This document shows, piece after piece, positions 8,257 to 18,739 of a DNA stretch of 64,000 bases; positions within the stretch are counted from its first letter, which is position 1, and the number at the start of each line of letters is the position of its first letter. Source of the DNA: Candidatus Bathyarchaeia archaeon (lineage in GTDB: Archaea > Thermoproteota > Bathyarchaeia > Bathyarchaeales > Bathycorpusculaceae); assembly GCA_038883655.1 (NCBI GenBank), contig JAVZLQ010000005.1, forward strand, positions 10,854 through 74,853, given 5' to 3'. The position numbers and the translations under genes were made by a program. The notes beneath the pieces are model-generated. The model did no database searches. It was not told the DNA's origin and worked only from the letters and a program-made list of their open reading frames with translations.

Positions 8257-9147
8257 CTTTCCAGTTCCACAAACATAATCAAAGGCATCCTTTAGCTTAA
8301 CGCTTAAGCCGTGCCTCCTCTTGAAGTAATCCAGAATGTTTTTGATGTCTCTTGTTAAGAGTTGCTGGGCGTTGGGATGGCTAGATGTAACGTATTGGGG
8401 CCAATCGATTATGAGGATGCGCATGTCTGGTTTTAGGATGACATTGTATTCGCTTAAGTCCGCGTGGATTACGCCCGCCTTCAAATAGGCTCTTCTGATG
8501 TTGAGCAGTATCTCCTTCAAAACTCCTTTGGGATTTGGAATTTCCCGCCACTCCGCGAGTTCTGCACCTTCTATAATTCCCATGACTAGTGCGTGGCGGT
8601 TTTGGCTTATGGGTTCCGGAACGGCAACCTTTTTTGGGAAAACAAGCCTTAACGCTTGAAATTCTTTTTCCGCTGCAAGCCTTGACTGAAGAAGCCAGCT
8701 GGCGTGTTCAGCCTTTGCCGCGTAATCCCTTTTCCTTCGCGTCTGTCTAAAACTGATTCTCCCAAGCCTGTGAAATTTTACGGCAACGCGTTCGCCTTTT
8801 GGATTTAGCGCATCATAAACGTCCGCTTCTTTCCCAACGCCAAGAGGCTTTCCAAAAGATTCCAAAACTCCAGCTTTTACGAAGGCATTTATTGCCAGAC
8901 AGTCGTATCCCGCATAATTCAGCGTGTAGCCAACATATGGCCCACGCATTTGACGTATCAGGCGCATTTTGTGTAGGCGGCTTAGCCTAAAACTTGTTTC
9001 TTCAGGCGTGAACTTTGTGTATTTTGCGATTAGCTCTTTTGGCGCGTATTCGTGTTTCGTCATTGCCACTTCTATGACGTGTAGTACTCTCAAGTCCTTG
9101 TTTTCAAGGGTCCGAAACACTTGAACTGCAATTTCGGCTGAGGACAT
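8242..9147 (-). CDS. rio2: RIO2-type serine/threonine kinase
   Basis: N-terminal wHTH (GYDCLA), GVGKEADVY, HADLSEYNV, IIDWPQ. Confidence 0.9.
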   Translation of the reverse strand: MSSAEIAVQVFRTLENKDLRVLHVIEVAMTKHEYAPKELIAKYTKFTPEETSFRLSRLHKMRLIRQMRGPYVGYTLNYAGYDCLAINAFVKAGVLESFGKPLGVGKEADVYDALNPKGERVAVKFHRLGRISFRQTRRKRDYAAKAEHASWLLQSRLAAEKEFQALRLVFPKKVAVPEPISQNRHALVMGIIEGAELAEWREIPNPKGVLKEILLNIRRAYLKAGVIHADLSEYNVILKPDMRILIIDWPQYVTSSHPNAQQLLTRDIKNILDYFKRRHGLSVKLKDAFDYVCGTGKLTAL

Positions 9148-9177
9148 AACCTAAGCACTTTTAGGCTTTCCGCCTAA

Positions 9178-10329
9178 TTAAACTTCCACGGTTTCCGTTT
9201 TTTCTATGCTTTCTTTAATGGCTTCTTCAAGATGCAGTTTGGATTCTATTGCCTCCACAACTTCTTGTTTAGCCTTTGTCACTGGATGTTTGGCGATGAA
9301 AAGCGAGCAGCAGTCCTTGTAGGGTTTGACTGAAACTTCAAATGTTCCAATCTGTTTGGCTAAGTTGACTGTTTCATTTTTCTCGTAAGTCAACAGTGGT
9401 CTGAGGATAGGCATTGCAGTAGCGCTGTTTATTACGGCTATATTCTCCAATGTTTGCGATGAAACTTGCGCCAGGTTTTCGCCGCTTCCTAAGGCGCTTA
9501 TGCCGTGCGCCTTGGCAATTTTTTCCGCAACCCTAACCATGAACCTTCTAAAGAGTATTAGACGGTATCGCATTGGCGCTTCAACGGCTTCGGCTTCGAA
9601 CGGGTAGAACGGCACAAAAAACACTTTCGCCCTAAAACAGTATTTTTTTAGGATTTTTGCCAAATCAAGGATTTTTTCGTTTCGTTTTTCATCAAACTTC
9701 TCGAAAGCGTGAAAATGCAGGAAGTCAACTTCGCATCCGCGCTTCATTAGAAGCCAAGCTGCAACTGGTGAGTCTATGCCCCCCGATAGAAGATGCAAAA
9801 CCTTTCCGGAAACGCCGACTGGTAAGCCGTATAACCCTTTGATTTTCCTGGTTGAGATGTAGGCTTTTCCATTAACAAGTTCGACGAGAATTTCTTTTTG
9901 CGGCTGTTTCATGGAAATTTTGGCATTAAAGTTCTTGACGAGATATTCGCCGAGTTCGCGGTTTAGATCCATTGATGTGAAGGGTAATGTTTTATCTGCT
10001 CTTGTTGTTGAAACTTTTATTTTTTCGCCACCCGCAAGTGTGACCTTTTCTTTTATGCACTCTTTGATGCTTTCTTTTTTAGCTTCTGTTGTATAATAAA
10101 ATGCGAACCATGCTATGCCAAATACTCTCTTCAGGGATTCTTCGATTTCGTTAAGGTTTGATTTCTCGTTTAGTTCTATTAGGATTCTTCCTTGTAGCTT
10201 CCTTATCTTGCCATACTCTTGCTCAGCAAGCGCCTTATCAATATTTTCGATTAGCTTTCTTTCAAAGTATGGTCTATTCAACCCTTTCAGCGCAAGTTCG
10301 CCGTAGTGAACCAAAATGCAGTCGAACAC
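9178..10329 (-). CDS. thiI: tRNA 4-thiouridine synthase
   Basis: YGELALKG, THUMP domain, LLSGGIDSPVA, QVSSQT, DCC. Confidence 0.92.
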   Translation of the reverse strand: MFDCILVHYGELALKGLNRPYFERKLIENIDKALAEQEYGKIRKLQGRILIELNEKSNLNEIEESLKRVFGIAWFAFYYTTEAKKESIKECIKEKVTLAGGEKIKVSTTRADKTLPFTSMDLNRELGEYLVKNFNAKISMKQPQKEILVELVNGKAYISTRKIKGLYGLPVGVSGKVLHLLSGGIDSPVAAWLLMKRGCEVDFLHFHAFEKFDEKRNEKILDLAKILKKYCFRAKVFFVPFYPFEAEAVEAPMRYRLILFRRFMVRVAEKIAKAHGISALGSGENLAQVSSQTLENIAVINSATAMPILRPLLTYEKNETVNLAKQIGTFEVSVKPYKDCCSLFIAKHPVTKAKQEVVEAIESKLHLEEAIKESIEKTETVEV

Positions 10330-10378
10330 ATTTGGAAAGTGTTAAAATTTGGTTTTAAAGGTTTTTATTTCTACACTT

Positions 10379-11356
10379 TTAGGTTTCGTAACCTCCGAAG
10401 CTTACTACGAGGAACACGAAATACATGAATAGTAGAACGGCACTTTCTCGCCAGCTTACTTTTTCGCTCGAAAGGAAATACCATAGGAAGAGGTTGACTA
10501 TGAGGGAGAACATTGCCAGTTTCGAGAAAGCCACCATGTTAACTATGAAGCTTGATGTTATTAGGCTCGTGCCTAAGATGCATGTTATGTTTATGAAGCA
10601 GCTGCCTACAATGTTGCCTAAGGCTAGGTCTAAGTGTCCCTTTTTTGTCGCCTCCACAGCTGTTGCAAGTTCTGGCAGGCTTGTGCCCAAAGCTACTATT
10701 GTTGAGCCTATAACCACTGGAGGTATGCCTATGCTGTCAGCGATGAATCTTGCCGATGAAACTATGAAGTTTGAGCTTACTATTACGCCGGCCACCCCCA
10801 AAAGAGTCAAAACCACGTATAAGCGTAGCTTTTGCCTTTCCTCTCCTAACGCGCCTTCTTCCTTCACTTTCCTTATTTTTGAGAGTTGATAAACGTAGAA
10901 GATGAAGATTGCGAGAAGGACGACGCCTATGAACCTGCTTGCGTATCCGAGGTAAAGCAGAATCAGCGGAACAACCGAGGCTACGAAAATGCCGAAGTAT
11001 AGGCTTCCAATTTCCTCTTTTGCCATGTTTGGATAGAAGCTTGTGTAGTTTGGACATTTTATCACTGCCAGTAAGAAGCAGACACCGAGGATTAGGCATA
11101 TGTTAACTATGTTTGAGCCTAAAACGTTGCCTATCGCCACGCCTATGGATTCTTGTCCAATCGCCGCAAAAACTGAAACGAAAAGTTCTGGAAGTGATGT
11201 TGAAAAGGCGACAAGTATGAAGCCAACCGTTGTTTTGCCCATGCCAGTTATGTCAGCAACCCTAACAGAATTTTTAATCGTCAAATCGCTCGACTCATTC
11301 AGAATCACCAATGAGATAATGAGAATTAAGATGTTGACCAGCAAACCTTCGAACAA
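10379..11356 (-). CDS. Na+/Ca2+ antiporter (CaCA family)
   Basis: Two alpha repeats STSLPE/GTSLPE with GNxxGS; TTG start after AAGGAG. Confidence 0.88.
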   Translation of the reverse strand: MFEGLLVNILILIISLVILNESSDLTIKNSVRVADITGMGKTTVGFILVAFSTSLPELFVSVFAAIGQESIGVAIGNVLGSNIVNICLILGVCFLLAVIKCPNYTSFYPNMAKEEIGSLYFGIFVASVVPLILLYLGYASRFIGVVLLAIFIFYVYQLSKIRKVKEEGALGEERQKLRLYVVLTLLGVAGVIVSSNFIVSSARFIADSIGIPPVVIGSTIVALGTSLPELATAVEATKKGHLDLALGNIVGSCFINITCILGTSLITSSFIVNMVAFSKLAMFSLIVNLFLWYFLSSEKVSWRESAVLLFMYFVFLVVSFGGYET

Positions 11357-11421
11357 CTGTTTTTCTCCTTTTACGTATTCCTTTGATAGGCACATTAGCA
11401 GCAAATAAGTTTAATGGGTCC

Positions 11422-12369
11422 TCAACTCAAATACAATGTTACGTATGAGAATAAGTACAATGCAACAAACAATGCTCCAGCTTTTTTATCAACTTTTTCC
11501 CTAAACGCAAGTGTCGCCAAAACAATTACGGAGACAAGAAGCGCGTAAAGTCCTGTAGTTTCGGCTATTCTTCCAGACACGTTTACTGGCGCGAAGAAGA
11601 ATGGACCAATCCCGATGGAGAAGCCAGCGTCAACTATGCAACTTCCTATGGCGTCTCCTATCGCGATTTCATACTGCCTTTTGCGAACTGCCGTTAAGTC
11701 AACCGCCAACTCTGGAAGTGATGTCCCAATGGACACTATGAAGAAGCTGATAATGTACTCATGAATATTTAGCTCTGAAGAAATCGCTATAACAGATTCA
11801 ACAACCACATAAGAGCCCACGGCAACACCAGCATAACCCAAAGTGACAATCAGTAGGTGATAAAATAATCCTCTGTTCTTGTTGGCTATTGGCGGCGGCT
11901 CCTGTCTGATGGTCCTTCTAACGATTAGCATTAGAAGCGGCCAACTTGCCACCAAGAAGACGGCATTCATCCACGAAATATAGCCTTTTTCAACCATCGC
12001 GATTGATGCTATAAGTGCCAAGATTTCACATGCGCCTATGACGATTATTTCGTCTCTTCTAACCTTGAAGGACTCTCTTGCAAGGATTGCGTAAAGTCCA
12101 AGCATCAAGGAAATTTGGGCGAGTACAGACCCGAAGGAGTCGCCTACATTTATGTCACCGTGTCTCCTAAAAGATGAGAATATCGAGTTTGCAATTTCTG
12201 GGAGATCTGTGCCCAGAGACACTATTAGAAGACCAATCATCAGCGGCGAAACTTTCAACATTGAAGCTACGTTTATTGAGTGTTCAACCGCCTTGTCGCT
12301 TGCAAAAATCAAGAGTGCAAGCCCCGAAATCAGCGCAGCAGCGGCAAGCACGAAGTCAAGCATAGACAA
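11422..12369 (-). CDS. Na+/Ca2+ antiporter family paralog
   Basis: GTDLPE and GTSLPE repeats. Confidence 0.85.
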   Translation of the reverse strand: MSMLDFVLAAAALISGLALLIFASDKAVEHSINVASMLKVSPLMIGLLIVSLGTDLPEIANSIFSSFRRHGDINVGDSFGSVLAQISLMLGLYAILARESFKVRRDEIIVIGACEILALIASIAMVEKGYISWMNAVFLVASWPLLMLIVRRTIRQEPPPIANKNRGLFYHLLIVTLGYAGVAVGSYVVVESVIAISSELNIHEYIISFFIVSIGTSLPELAVDLTAVRKRQYEIAIGDAIGSCIVDAGFSIGIGPFFFAPVNVSGRIAETTGLYALLVSVIVLATLAFREKVDKKAGALFVALYLFSYVTLYLS

Positions 12370-12469
12370 GCCTCTAAAAAATGTTAATTTCCAATCAATA
12401 AAAGTTTTGGTAATTCAAAATACAGAGCAGACGTAAAGCAAAAATCATCTTGCGAAAATAAGATTCCTT

Positions 12470-13303
12470 ATGAGCAAAGTCGAAATCGTCCTACTTGGAA
12501 CAGGCGGGGGAAGGTTCGCAACAATCACGCAAAAGAGGCGAACCGCTGGCATCCGCATAATCAGCGAAGGCTTAAACTTGCATTTGGACCCGGGACCTGG
12601 AGCGCTCGTGCACTCCATCAATGAGGGGTTAGACCCGCAGAAGATTAACGCAATTTTTGTTTCGCATTGTCATCCAGACCATTACACTGATGCCGAAGTT
12701 TTAATTGAAGCCATGACGCATGGAATGACTAAAAAACGCGGAATAATAGCCGCTTCAAAGAGCGTTTTAAGCGGAAGCAGTGTCTGCGAACCATCAATCT
12801 CGAGGTATCACCAGCAGATGCCAAAACAGAAAATCGAAGTTACGCCAAACATGAAATTCCAAGCATATAGTCTCAATGTTTTAGTAACGGAGGCAAGGCA
12901 CACGGACCCAGACGCTGTTGGATTTAGGTTTGAAACAAAAGAGTTTGGAGACTTCGCCTACACAAGCGACACAGAATACTTTGAAGGCATAGGAAAATAC
13001 TATGCTGGCGTGAGGCTGCTTATGCTCTGCATAATGCGACCAACCGGAAAACCATGGAAGGGACACATGACAACAAATGATGCAATAAAAATACTTGAAG
13101 AGACACGCCCAGAAATGGCTGTTTTAACGCATTTTGGAATGCAAATGATATTCAAGGGACCAGCAAGCGAAGCAAAGGAAATCGAAGAGAAAACTGGAGT
13201 GCCGACAATCGCCGCCGTGGACAACCTGCGAATAGAATTCGGCGAAAAAATAAACGTGCACGCTCCAAAGAAGGTTCAGCAGGGACTGGATAAGTTCCTA
13301 TAA
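12470..13303 (+). CDS. Metallo-beta-lactamase fold hydrolase (RNase Z/PhnP-like)
   Basis: LLGTGG, HCHPDH, YTSDT, LTH motifs. Confidence 0.88.
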   Translation: MSKVEIVLLGTGGGRFATITQKRRTAGIRIISEGLNLHLDPGPGALVHSINEGLDPQKINAIFVSHCHPDHYTDAEVLIEAMTHGMTKKRGIIAASKSVLSGSSVCEPSISRYHQQMPKQKIEVTPNMKFQAYSLNVLVTEARHTDPDAVGFRFETKEFGDFAYTSDTEYFEGIGKYYAGVRLLMLCIMRPTGKPWKGHMTTNDAIKILEETRPEMAVLTHFGMQMIFKGPASEAKEIEEKTGVPTIAAVDNLRIEFGEKINVHAPKKVQQGLDKFL

Positions 13304-13353
13304 AGCTTTAAACTTAAACCCTTCTGATATATGCCCTTGAAGGAGCCAAGTCG

Positions 13354-14028
13354 ATGCGAATCGTGCTTAGAATAGGCGGTTCCGTAATAGCCTCGCCAAT
13401 CAATCCAACATTGATAAGCAAGTATGCGGAAATTCTGAAAAAATTGAAAAGTGAAGGTCATGACGTGGCGGTTGTTGTTGGCGGCGGCGCTCCAGCAAGA
13501 GAATTCATTGAGGCAGCAAAGGATTTGGGACTTGAAGAAAAAGACCAAGATGACGTGGCAATTTCCATTTCAAGAATTTTCGCTCAGCTTTTTATAAAGA
13601 AACTTGGCGAACTTTCCTGCAAAACTGTTCCCTTAACTGTTAAAGATGCTGTTAAATGCCTCGCGAATGGAAAAATTGTGGTTATGGGTGGTTTGAAGCC
13701 CGGCATGACCACGGATACTGTTGCCGCGATGGTTGCTGGAGAGGTGAACGCGGACTTGCTTGTCAAAGCGACGGACCAGGAGGGAATCTATGACAAGGAT
13801 CCCAAAAAATATGCTGATGCTGTTAAGCTTGAAAGTTTGCGTTATGAGGATTTACCACGCGTTTTTGCTGAGAACAAGCATAAGGCTGGAATACACCAAA
13901 TCCTAGACCCAGAAGCGATAAAAATTTTGAAGCACAAACGAGTTAAAGTTGTTGTTGTGAACGGGTTCAAACCAGAAAATGTTTTAGCTGCTGTAAAGGG
14001 CGAACGAGTCGGAACAACAATTTGTTAA
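13354..14028 (+). CDS. pyrH: UMP kinase
   Basis: RIGGS, VVVGGG, PGMTTD, GIYDKDP. Confidence 0.92.
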   Translation: MRIVLRIGGSVIASPINPTLISKYAEILKKLKSEGHDVAVVVGGGAPAREFIEAAKDLGLEEKDQDDVAISISRIFAQLFIKKLGELSCKTVPLTVKDAVKCLANGKIVVMGGLKPGMTTDTVAAMVAGEVNADLLVKATDQEGIYDKDPKKYADAVKLESLRYEDLPRVFAENKHKAGIHQILDPEAIKILKHKRVKVVVVNGFKPENVLAAVKGERVGTTIC

Positions 14029-14076
14029 GCGTTGAAGCTCTGTAAAATGTGGAAGCTCTAAAAAGCGTGTTGTGGT

Positions 14077-15999
14077 TTAGATTTTCAGTTTTCTCCCGAT
14101 TTTCCTATTTAAAAGTGCTACGGCTACTGTTGAAATAACCATTAGTGGTGTAATTGTGGCTGATGGGAATTCTGGTATTACATGGGTTCCTTGTATTGTG
14201 ACTGTTTTGGTGCTGTGGTTGTAGGTGAAGTAGAGATACGTGAAGTTTCCGTCTTCCAATTCAAAATAGTCTGTTATTTGTTGATCGCCAACTGTTATTG
14301 TCCACCCATCATCAACCTCAACCCACAATAAATTTTTGGGAATGGCTACCCTACAGAAGCCAGTTGTTCCATCTTTGCCAGTCACGTTAAACTGTAAAAA
14401 GGCTCCTTCTTCAGGGTCAAAGTGAAAATCCGATACCGTGGAGTTGCTGATTATGCCAACGTTATATGATACGTCGCTCCATACTCCAGCTTCAAAAACT
14501 ATAATTGGCGCAATAAGCGGGTACCTGTCAGCGTTGTTTACATCAATAATGTATGGCGTGTCACCTATGCCATCAAAATCCGCATCAGTTCCATTGTAAT
14601 CGCTCCAATAGTTTCCACCCGAAGGATAACCATCATCCCATGTAATATCATATACATTTCCAGCGACGGAGTGATTTTTATTGTATAAAAAGTTGTTATG
14701 AAAAACGCGGGAGTTTGAGCCGCTAATAATATCAAAGCCATAATAACTCTGAGAAATATTATTGCAGCAAACTATGTTATTATTGCATTCACTAATAACA
14801 AGTCCATAGTTATTATTTAAAATCTGGTTTTGAATTATTTTATTATTGTTACAATAAAGTAGTGCTATTCCAGTCCACCAGTTTGTCGCGTGATCGCCTA
14901 CAGTATTACGATATAAAGTAACATTAGTACAGTGGAGACATTCGAGTCCTATTATAAGATACGAGGACGAAGATGGATCGGTCCGAACAACCGGGCTTAT
15001 AATTGTAACATTCTGCACAAGCACATTTGTGACCTCGCAGAGAACAATGCCTGAAGTATTCGTTAGAACATGATCCTTTATAATTACGTTGGTGCAGTTA
15101 ATCATGTAGAATGCTGCCGCACTGGTTGAAGAGTCATAAACAACATTTGAAGCACCTTTTATGTAGTAAATCGGTTTTCCATCAGCTATGTTGCTTAAAT
15201 CCACAGTGTTATTAAAGTGCTGCGTATCCCAGCCTTCAACCGCAAAATTAAAAGTATTATTTATCATGACATTGCCTGAAAGAAAATTACTATAAGAGTA
15301 AGCAAGACCTATACCCCAAGGGCTTTCTGAGATTTTATTCTGTATCAGCGTATTGTTCCAAGATGTTACAATGCTTATTCCTCCGGAAACAAAACTGCGT
15401 ATTATTGTATTATTTATTATTATGTTGTCACATGAGTAATCATAAATTGCAATGCTTCCAAAGCTTCCTCTGTATCCAACAATCGTATTATTGCAAATGA
15501 ATGTGGCGCGGGAGGTCAAAACCAATATTGCGCCTCCTATTAATGTATTGTTTTCAATTAGGTTTCCATGGCTTCCTCCGGCAACATAAATGCCACAGTC
15601 AGTTAACCGATTATTCAAGATGCTACATCCGAAACTGTATTCCACAAGTAACCCTTCATAAATAGGAAGCATCCCTTTTGATATTTCCAGATTGCACACC
15701 GTCACATTATTCCTATAACTAATATCGATTCCGCCTTGCAACATGTATCCACTTCCGTCGATAACTATGTTGTCTCTTTCAACGATTATTCCATCACCAG
15801 AACTTGTAATGTTATCAGTTAAAGTGTATGTTATATTGTCATAGGTTATGATTGGTGCGTTTGGTGGGTCTATGCTTCCGTCAGCCCGAATGTAAACTGT
15901 TCCAGTCCATTCCGCCTCGGTTGGTTTAATATTAAATGCGAAAGTCAGCGTGCCAATAAAAAACATTGTGAACATAAATGCGCAAGTCATCCTCTTCAT
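14077..15999 (-). CDS. Secreted parallel beta-helix (NosD/CASH) protein with PEF-CTERM anchor
   Basis: Signal peptide, Asn/Ile-rich repeats, GGNYWSDY, IPEFP + TM + basic tail. Confidence 0.85.
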   Translation of the reverse strand: MKRMTCAFMFTMFFIGTLTFAFNIKPTEAEWTGTVYIRADGSIDPPNAPIITYDNITYTLTDNITSSGDGIIVERDNIVIDGSGYMLQGGIDISYRNNVTVCNLEISKGMLPIYEGLLVEYSFGCSILNNRLTDCGIYVAGGSHGNLIENNTLIGGAILVLTSRATFICNNTIVGYRGSFGSIAIYDYSCDNIIINNTIIRSFVSGGISIVTSWNNTLIQNKISESPWGIGLAYSYSNFLSGNVMINNTFNFAVEGWDTQHFNNTVDLSNIADGKPIYYIKGASNVVYDSSTSAAAFYMINCTNVIIKDHVLTNTSGIVLCEVTNVLVQNVTIISPVVRTDPSSSSYLIIGLECLHCTNVTLYRNTVGDHATNWWTGIALLYCNNNKIIQNQILNNNYGLVISECNNNIVCCNNISQSYYGFDIISGSNSRVFHNNFLYNKNHSVAGNVYDITWDDGYPSGGNYWSDYNGTDADFDGIGDTPYIIDVNNADRYPLIAPIIVFEAGVWSDVSYNVGIISNSTVSDFHFDPEEGAFLQFNVTGKDGTTGFCRVAIPKNLLWVEVDDGWTITVGDQQITDYFELEDGNFTYLYFTYNHSTKTVTIQGTHVIPEFPSATITPLMVISTVAVALLNRKIGRKLKI

Positions 16000-16190
16000 T
16001 TTTACGCACCTTATAATATTCAAAGAAGAATACTGATGTTAATTTAAAATTTTAGGTAAAAATCCTCTATAAGGTTTTTACATTCGGCTACTTATGTTAA
16101 GAAAATCAAAAGCATGCTCCTGTAGAAGACCTATTCCAGCTTTTCTTGCCAAAAGTAATTGCAATAGGTTTAAATAAAGGTTTGTCATTG

Positions 16191-16212
16191 TTGATATCAA
16201 ATTTGATATCAA
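16191..16212. promoter_or_regulatory. Perfect 22-bp palindrome TTGATATCAAATTTGATATCAA, likely PadR operator
   Basis: Lies between TTTAAATA box (about 16169) and the PadR start codon. Confidence 0.65.
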
Positions 16213-16224
16213 TAGTGATGTGAA

Positions 16225-16794
16225 ATGTTTGATAGAATTCCTCCAACTCCACCGTTTAGGCACTGGCTTAGGCACATGGCAGCCGTACCAAAAGGGTTTC
16301 TGCGCTATCAAGTTCTTGAGCTTCTAAACGAAAAGCCATTATCTGGCTCGGAGATAATGAGTGAAATTGAGAGGCGAACAAACGGGTGTTGGAAGCCAAG
16401 TCCAGGCTCTGTTTATCCGCTTCTGGCTTGGCTTCAGGATAACGGCTACATTAAAGAGGTGCCAGCTGAAGAAAGTGGAATAAAGCGTTACACACTTACG
16501 GATAAAGGGAAACAGCTTCTGGAGGAACAACGCAAGCTGCAAGCCCATTTCCGTGCTGGTAGGAAGCTTTTTGTGCCGCCGTTTTTCGGCTCGTTCTTGC
16601 TGCGCATCCCACCAGAAGAGGCTAACGAAATTCGAGAAGCCTTTAGGCGTTTATTCAAGGTTTTCTTCAGTCTCGGCATGAGCCTTGAAGAGAAGTTTTC
16701 GGAGCAAGCTATAAAAGAAACCTTGAAGGTTTTGAATGAAACCGCTCAGAGGCTTGAAGAAATAGAAAAGAAATTAAGAGGCAGAAAAGCGTGA
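16225..16794 (+). CDS. PadR-family transcriptional regulator
   Basis: WKPSPGSVYPLL...KRYTLTDKG. Confidence 0.9.
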   Translation: MFDRIPPTPPFRHWLRHMAAVPKGFLRYQVLELLNEKPLSGSEIMSEIERRTNGCWKPSPGSVYPLLAWLQDNGYIKEVPAEESGIKRYTLTDKGKQLLEEQRKLQAHFRAGRKLFVPPFFGSFLLRIPPEEANEIREAFRRLFKVFFSLGMSLEEKFSEQAIKETLKVLNETAQRLEEIEKKLRGRKA

Positions 16795-17795
16795 CGGAAG
16801 AAGTAATTAAAGCTGAAGGTTTGACAAAAGTTTTTAACAAGAGCCTTGTTGCCGTCGACCATGTGAACTTCAGCGTTAAGGACGGTGAAATTTTCGGTTT
16901 TCTTGGACCAAACGGCGCGGGCAAAACAACTACAATAAACATGCTCATAACGGTTTTGAAGCCAACTGAAGGCAGAGCATCCGTCTTGGGCTACGATATC
17001 GTCAAACAAGCGCGTGAAGTGCGAAACGTCATAGGCGTTGTGCCACAAGAGTACACAGCGGACGAGGACTTGACAGGATACGAAAACATAATTTTATGCG
17101 CGGATTTATATGGCATTTCACGTGAAGTTTCAAAGAAACGCGCCCTCGAACTCCTAGAACTCGTAGAACTCGTGGATTTTAAGGATAAAAAGGTTGAAAC
17201 GTATTCGGGTGGAATGCGCCGAAGGCTTGAACTGGCATGCGGCTTAATTAATAGACCAAAAGTGCTTTTTCTCGACGAGCCTACGCTGGGCTTGGATGTT
17301 CAGACAAGAGCCGCCACATGGGATTACATTAAACGTTTGAAGAAGGAGTATGGTATGACGCTTTTCATGACTACGCATTATTTGGAGGAGGCAGACGCTC
17401 TCTGCGACCGCATAGCCATAATTGACCATGGCAAAATCGTTGTAACCGGCACGCCTGAAGAGTTAAAACGCAGTTTGGGCGGCGACATAATAACCATAAG
17501 CATAAAGGAAAATGTTGACGTAAGCGACATAATCCGCAGCGTTGAAAACGTTAAAGAAGTTAGGAACGAGGATGGCGCTTATCGTATTAAGGCTGAGTAT
17601 GGCGAAGTAACAGCTCCATTCATAATCGAAGCACTACGTAGAAAGGGCTATACTGTAACAAAGCTCTCCATGACAGAGCCAACGTTAAACGAGGTTTATT
17701 TGGAGTACACTGGAAGGTCGATGCGTGACGCTGAGGAATCAGTAGAAGCCTTCAGAACGCAGAGAATAACCCTAAGGAGGGCGAGGGCGAGATGA
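16791..17795 (+). CDS. ABC exporter ATP-binding subunit (DrrA-like)
   Basis: GPNGAGKT, YSGGMRRR, LDEPT, THY. Confidence 0.92.
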   Translation: MTEEVIKAEGLTKVFNKSLVAVDHVNFSVKDGEIFGFLGPNGAGKTTTINMLITVLKPTEGRASVLGYDIVKQAREVRNVIGVVPQEYTADEDLTGYENIILCADLYGISREVSKKRALELLELVELVDFKDKKVETYSGGMRRRLELACGLINRPKVLFLDEPTLGLDVQTRAATWDYIKRLKKEYGMTLFMTTHYLEEADALCDRIAIIDHGKIVVTGTPEELKRSLGGDIITISIKENVDVSDIIRSVENVKEVRNEDGAYRIKAEYGEVTAPFIIEALRRKGYTVTKLSMTEPTLNEVYLEYTGRSMRDAEESVEAFRTQRITLRRARAR

Positions 17796-18733
17796 GCAAG
17801 ATAAATGAGTATCATGCACGTAGGCTTCAAGGATTGTGGGCTTTAACCAAACGTGAACTAAAAAAGTGGATGAAGGAGCCAATAATTCTTTTCATGGCTG
17901 TTCTTCAACCAGTGCTTTGGATGGGACTGTTCGGAAAAGCAATGAATTTAGGCGCGATGTTCTCCGCGAGCAACATAAACATGCCTTCTGTAATTTACCT
18001 TCCAGGAGAAGCTTTAATTCCTCCACAAAGCGGCGTTATGATACCTATCTCCGGGGCAGCACTTTCACAAATGTTTAGCAATTTAGGTCCAGAAATTATG
18101 GGCAACATATTTGGCGTCTCGGATTATTTTAGTTACATGTCTGTTGGCATGATTTCTTTCATAGTGATGTTTACAACGATGTTCAGTGGCATGTCAATAG
18201 TTTGGGACAGACGCTTAGGATTTTTGGACAAAGTACTTAGCACTCCAGTTTCGCGTGGTGCAATAATCTTTTCGAAGGTTTTGAACGCTGCTTTGAGGGC
18301 GATGTTCCAAGCGACAATAATTTTAATCCTCGCAACAATTTTTGGCTTGCAAGTAAGCGAAACTTTCACTCCGCTGAACATACTTGGCATTTACGCTGCG
18401 ATATTCCTCTTAAGCGTTGGACTTTCGTCAATATTCCTTGCGCTTGCTCTGCGCTCAACTAGGCAGGAGACGCAGATGGCAATAGTAAACCTAATTAACA
18501 TGCCCCTAATGTTTGCAAGCAACACGTTCTACCCGATAGGCATGATGCCAGAATGGATACAAGCCATAGCACGTGTAAACCCAATAAGCTACTTAACAGA
18601 CGCAGTCAGACAGTTAACAATACTTCCGTTAAACACCTCAGCCCTAATCGCAGACTTCACCTATTTAATCGCCTTCGCCGCGGTCTTCGCCACAATCGGT
18701 ATAGTGCTCTCTTGGCGTTACTTAACAAGATAA
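17792..18733 (+). CDS. ABC-2 type permease
   Basis: Multi-TM, DRRLGFL, NPISY motif. Confidence 0.9.
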   Translation: MSKINEYHARRLQGLWALTKRELKKWMKEPIILFMAVLQPVLWMGLFGKAMNLGAMFSASNINMPSVIYLPGEALIPPQSGVMIPISGAALSQMFSNLGPEIMGNIFGVSDYFSYMSVGMISFIVMFTTMFSGMSIVWDRRLGFLDKVLSTPVSRGAIIFSKVLNAALRAMFQATIILILATIFGLQVSETFTPLNILGIYAAIFLLSVGLSSIFLALALRSTRQETQMAIVNLINMPLMFASNTFYPIGMMPEWIQAIARVNPISYLTDAVRQLTILPLNTSALIADFTYLIAFAAVFATIGIVLSWRYLTR

Positions 18734-18739
18734 AAAGAT

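Noticed and set aside
10379-12369. Tandem CaCA antiporter paralogs
   Set aside because: Ordinary duplication in a well-known family
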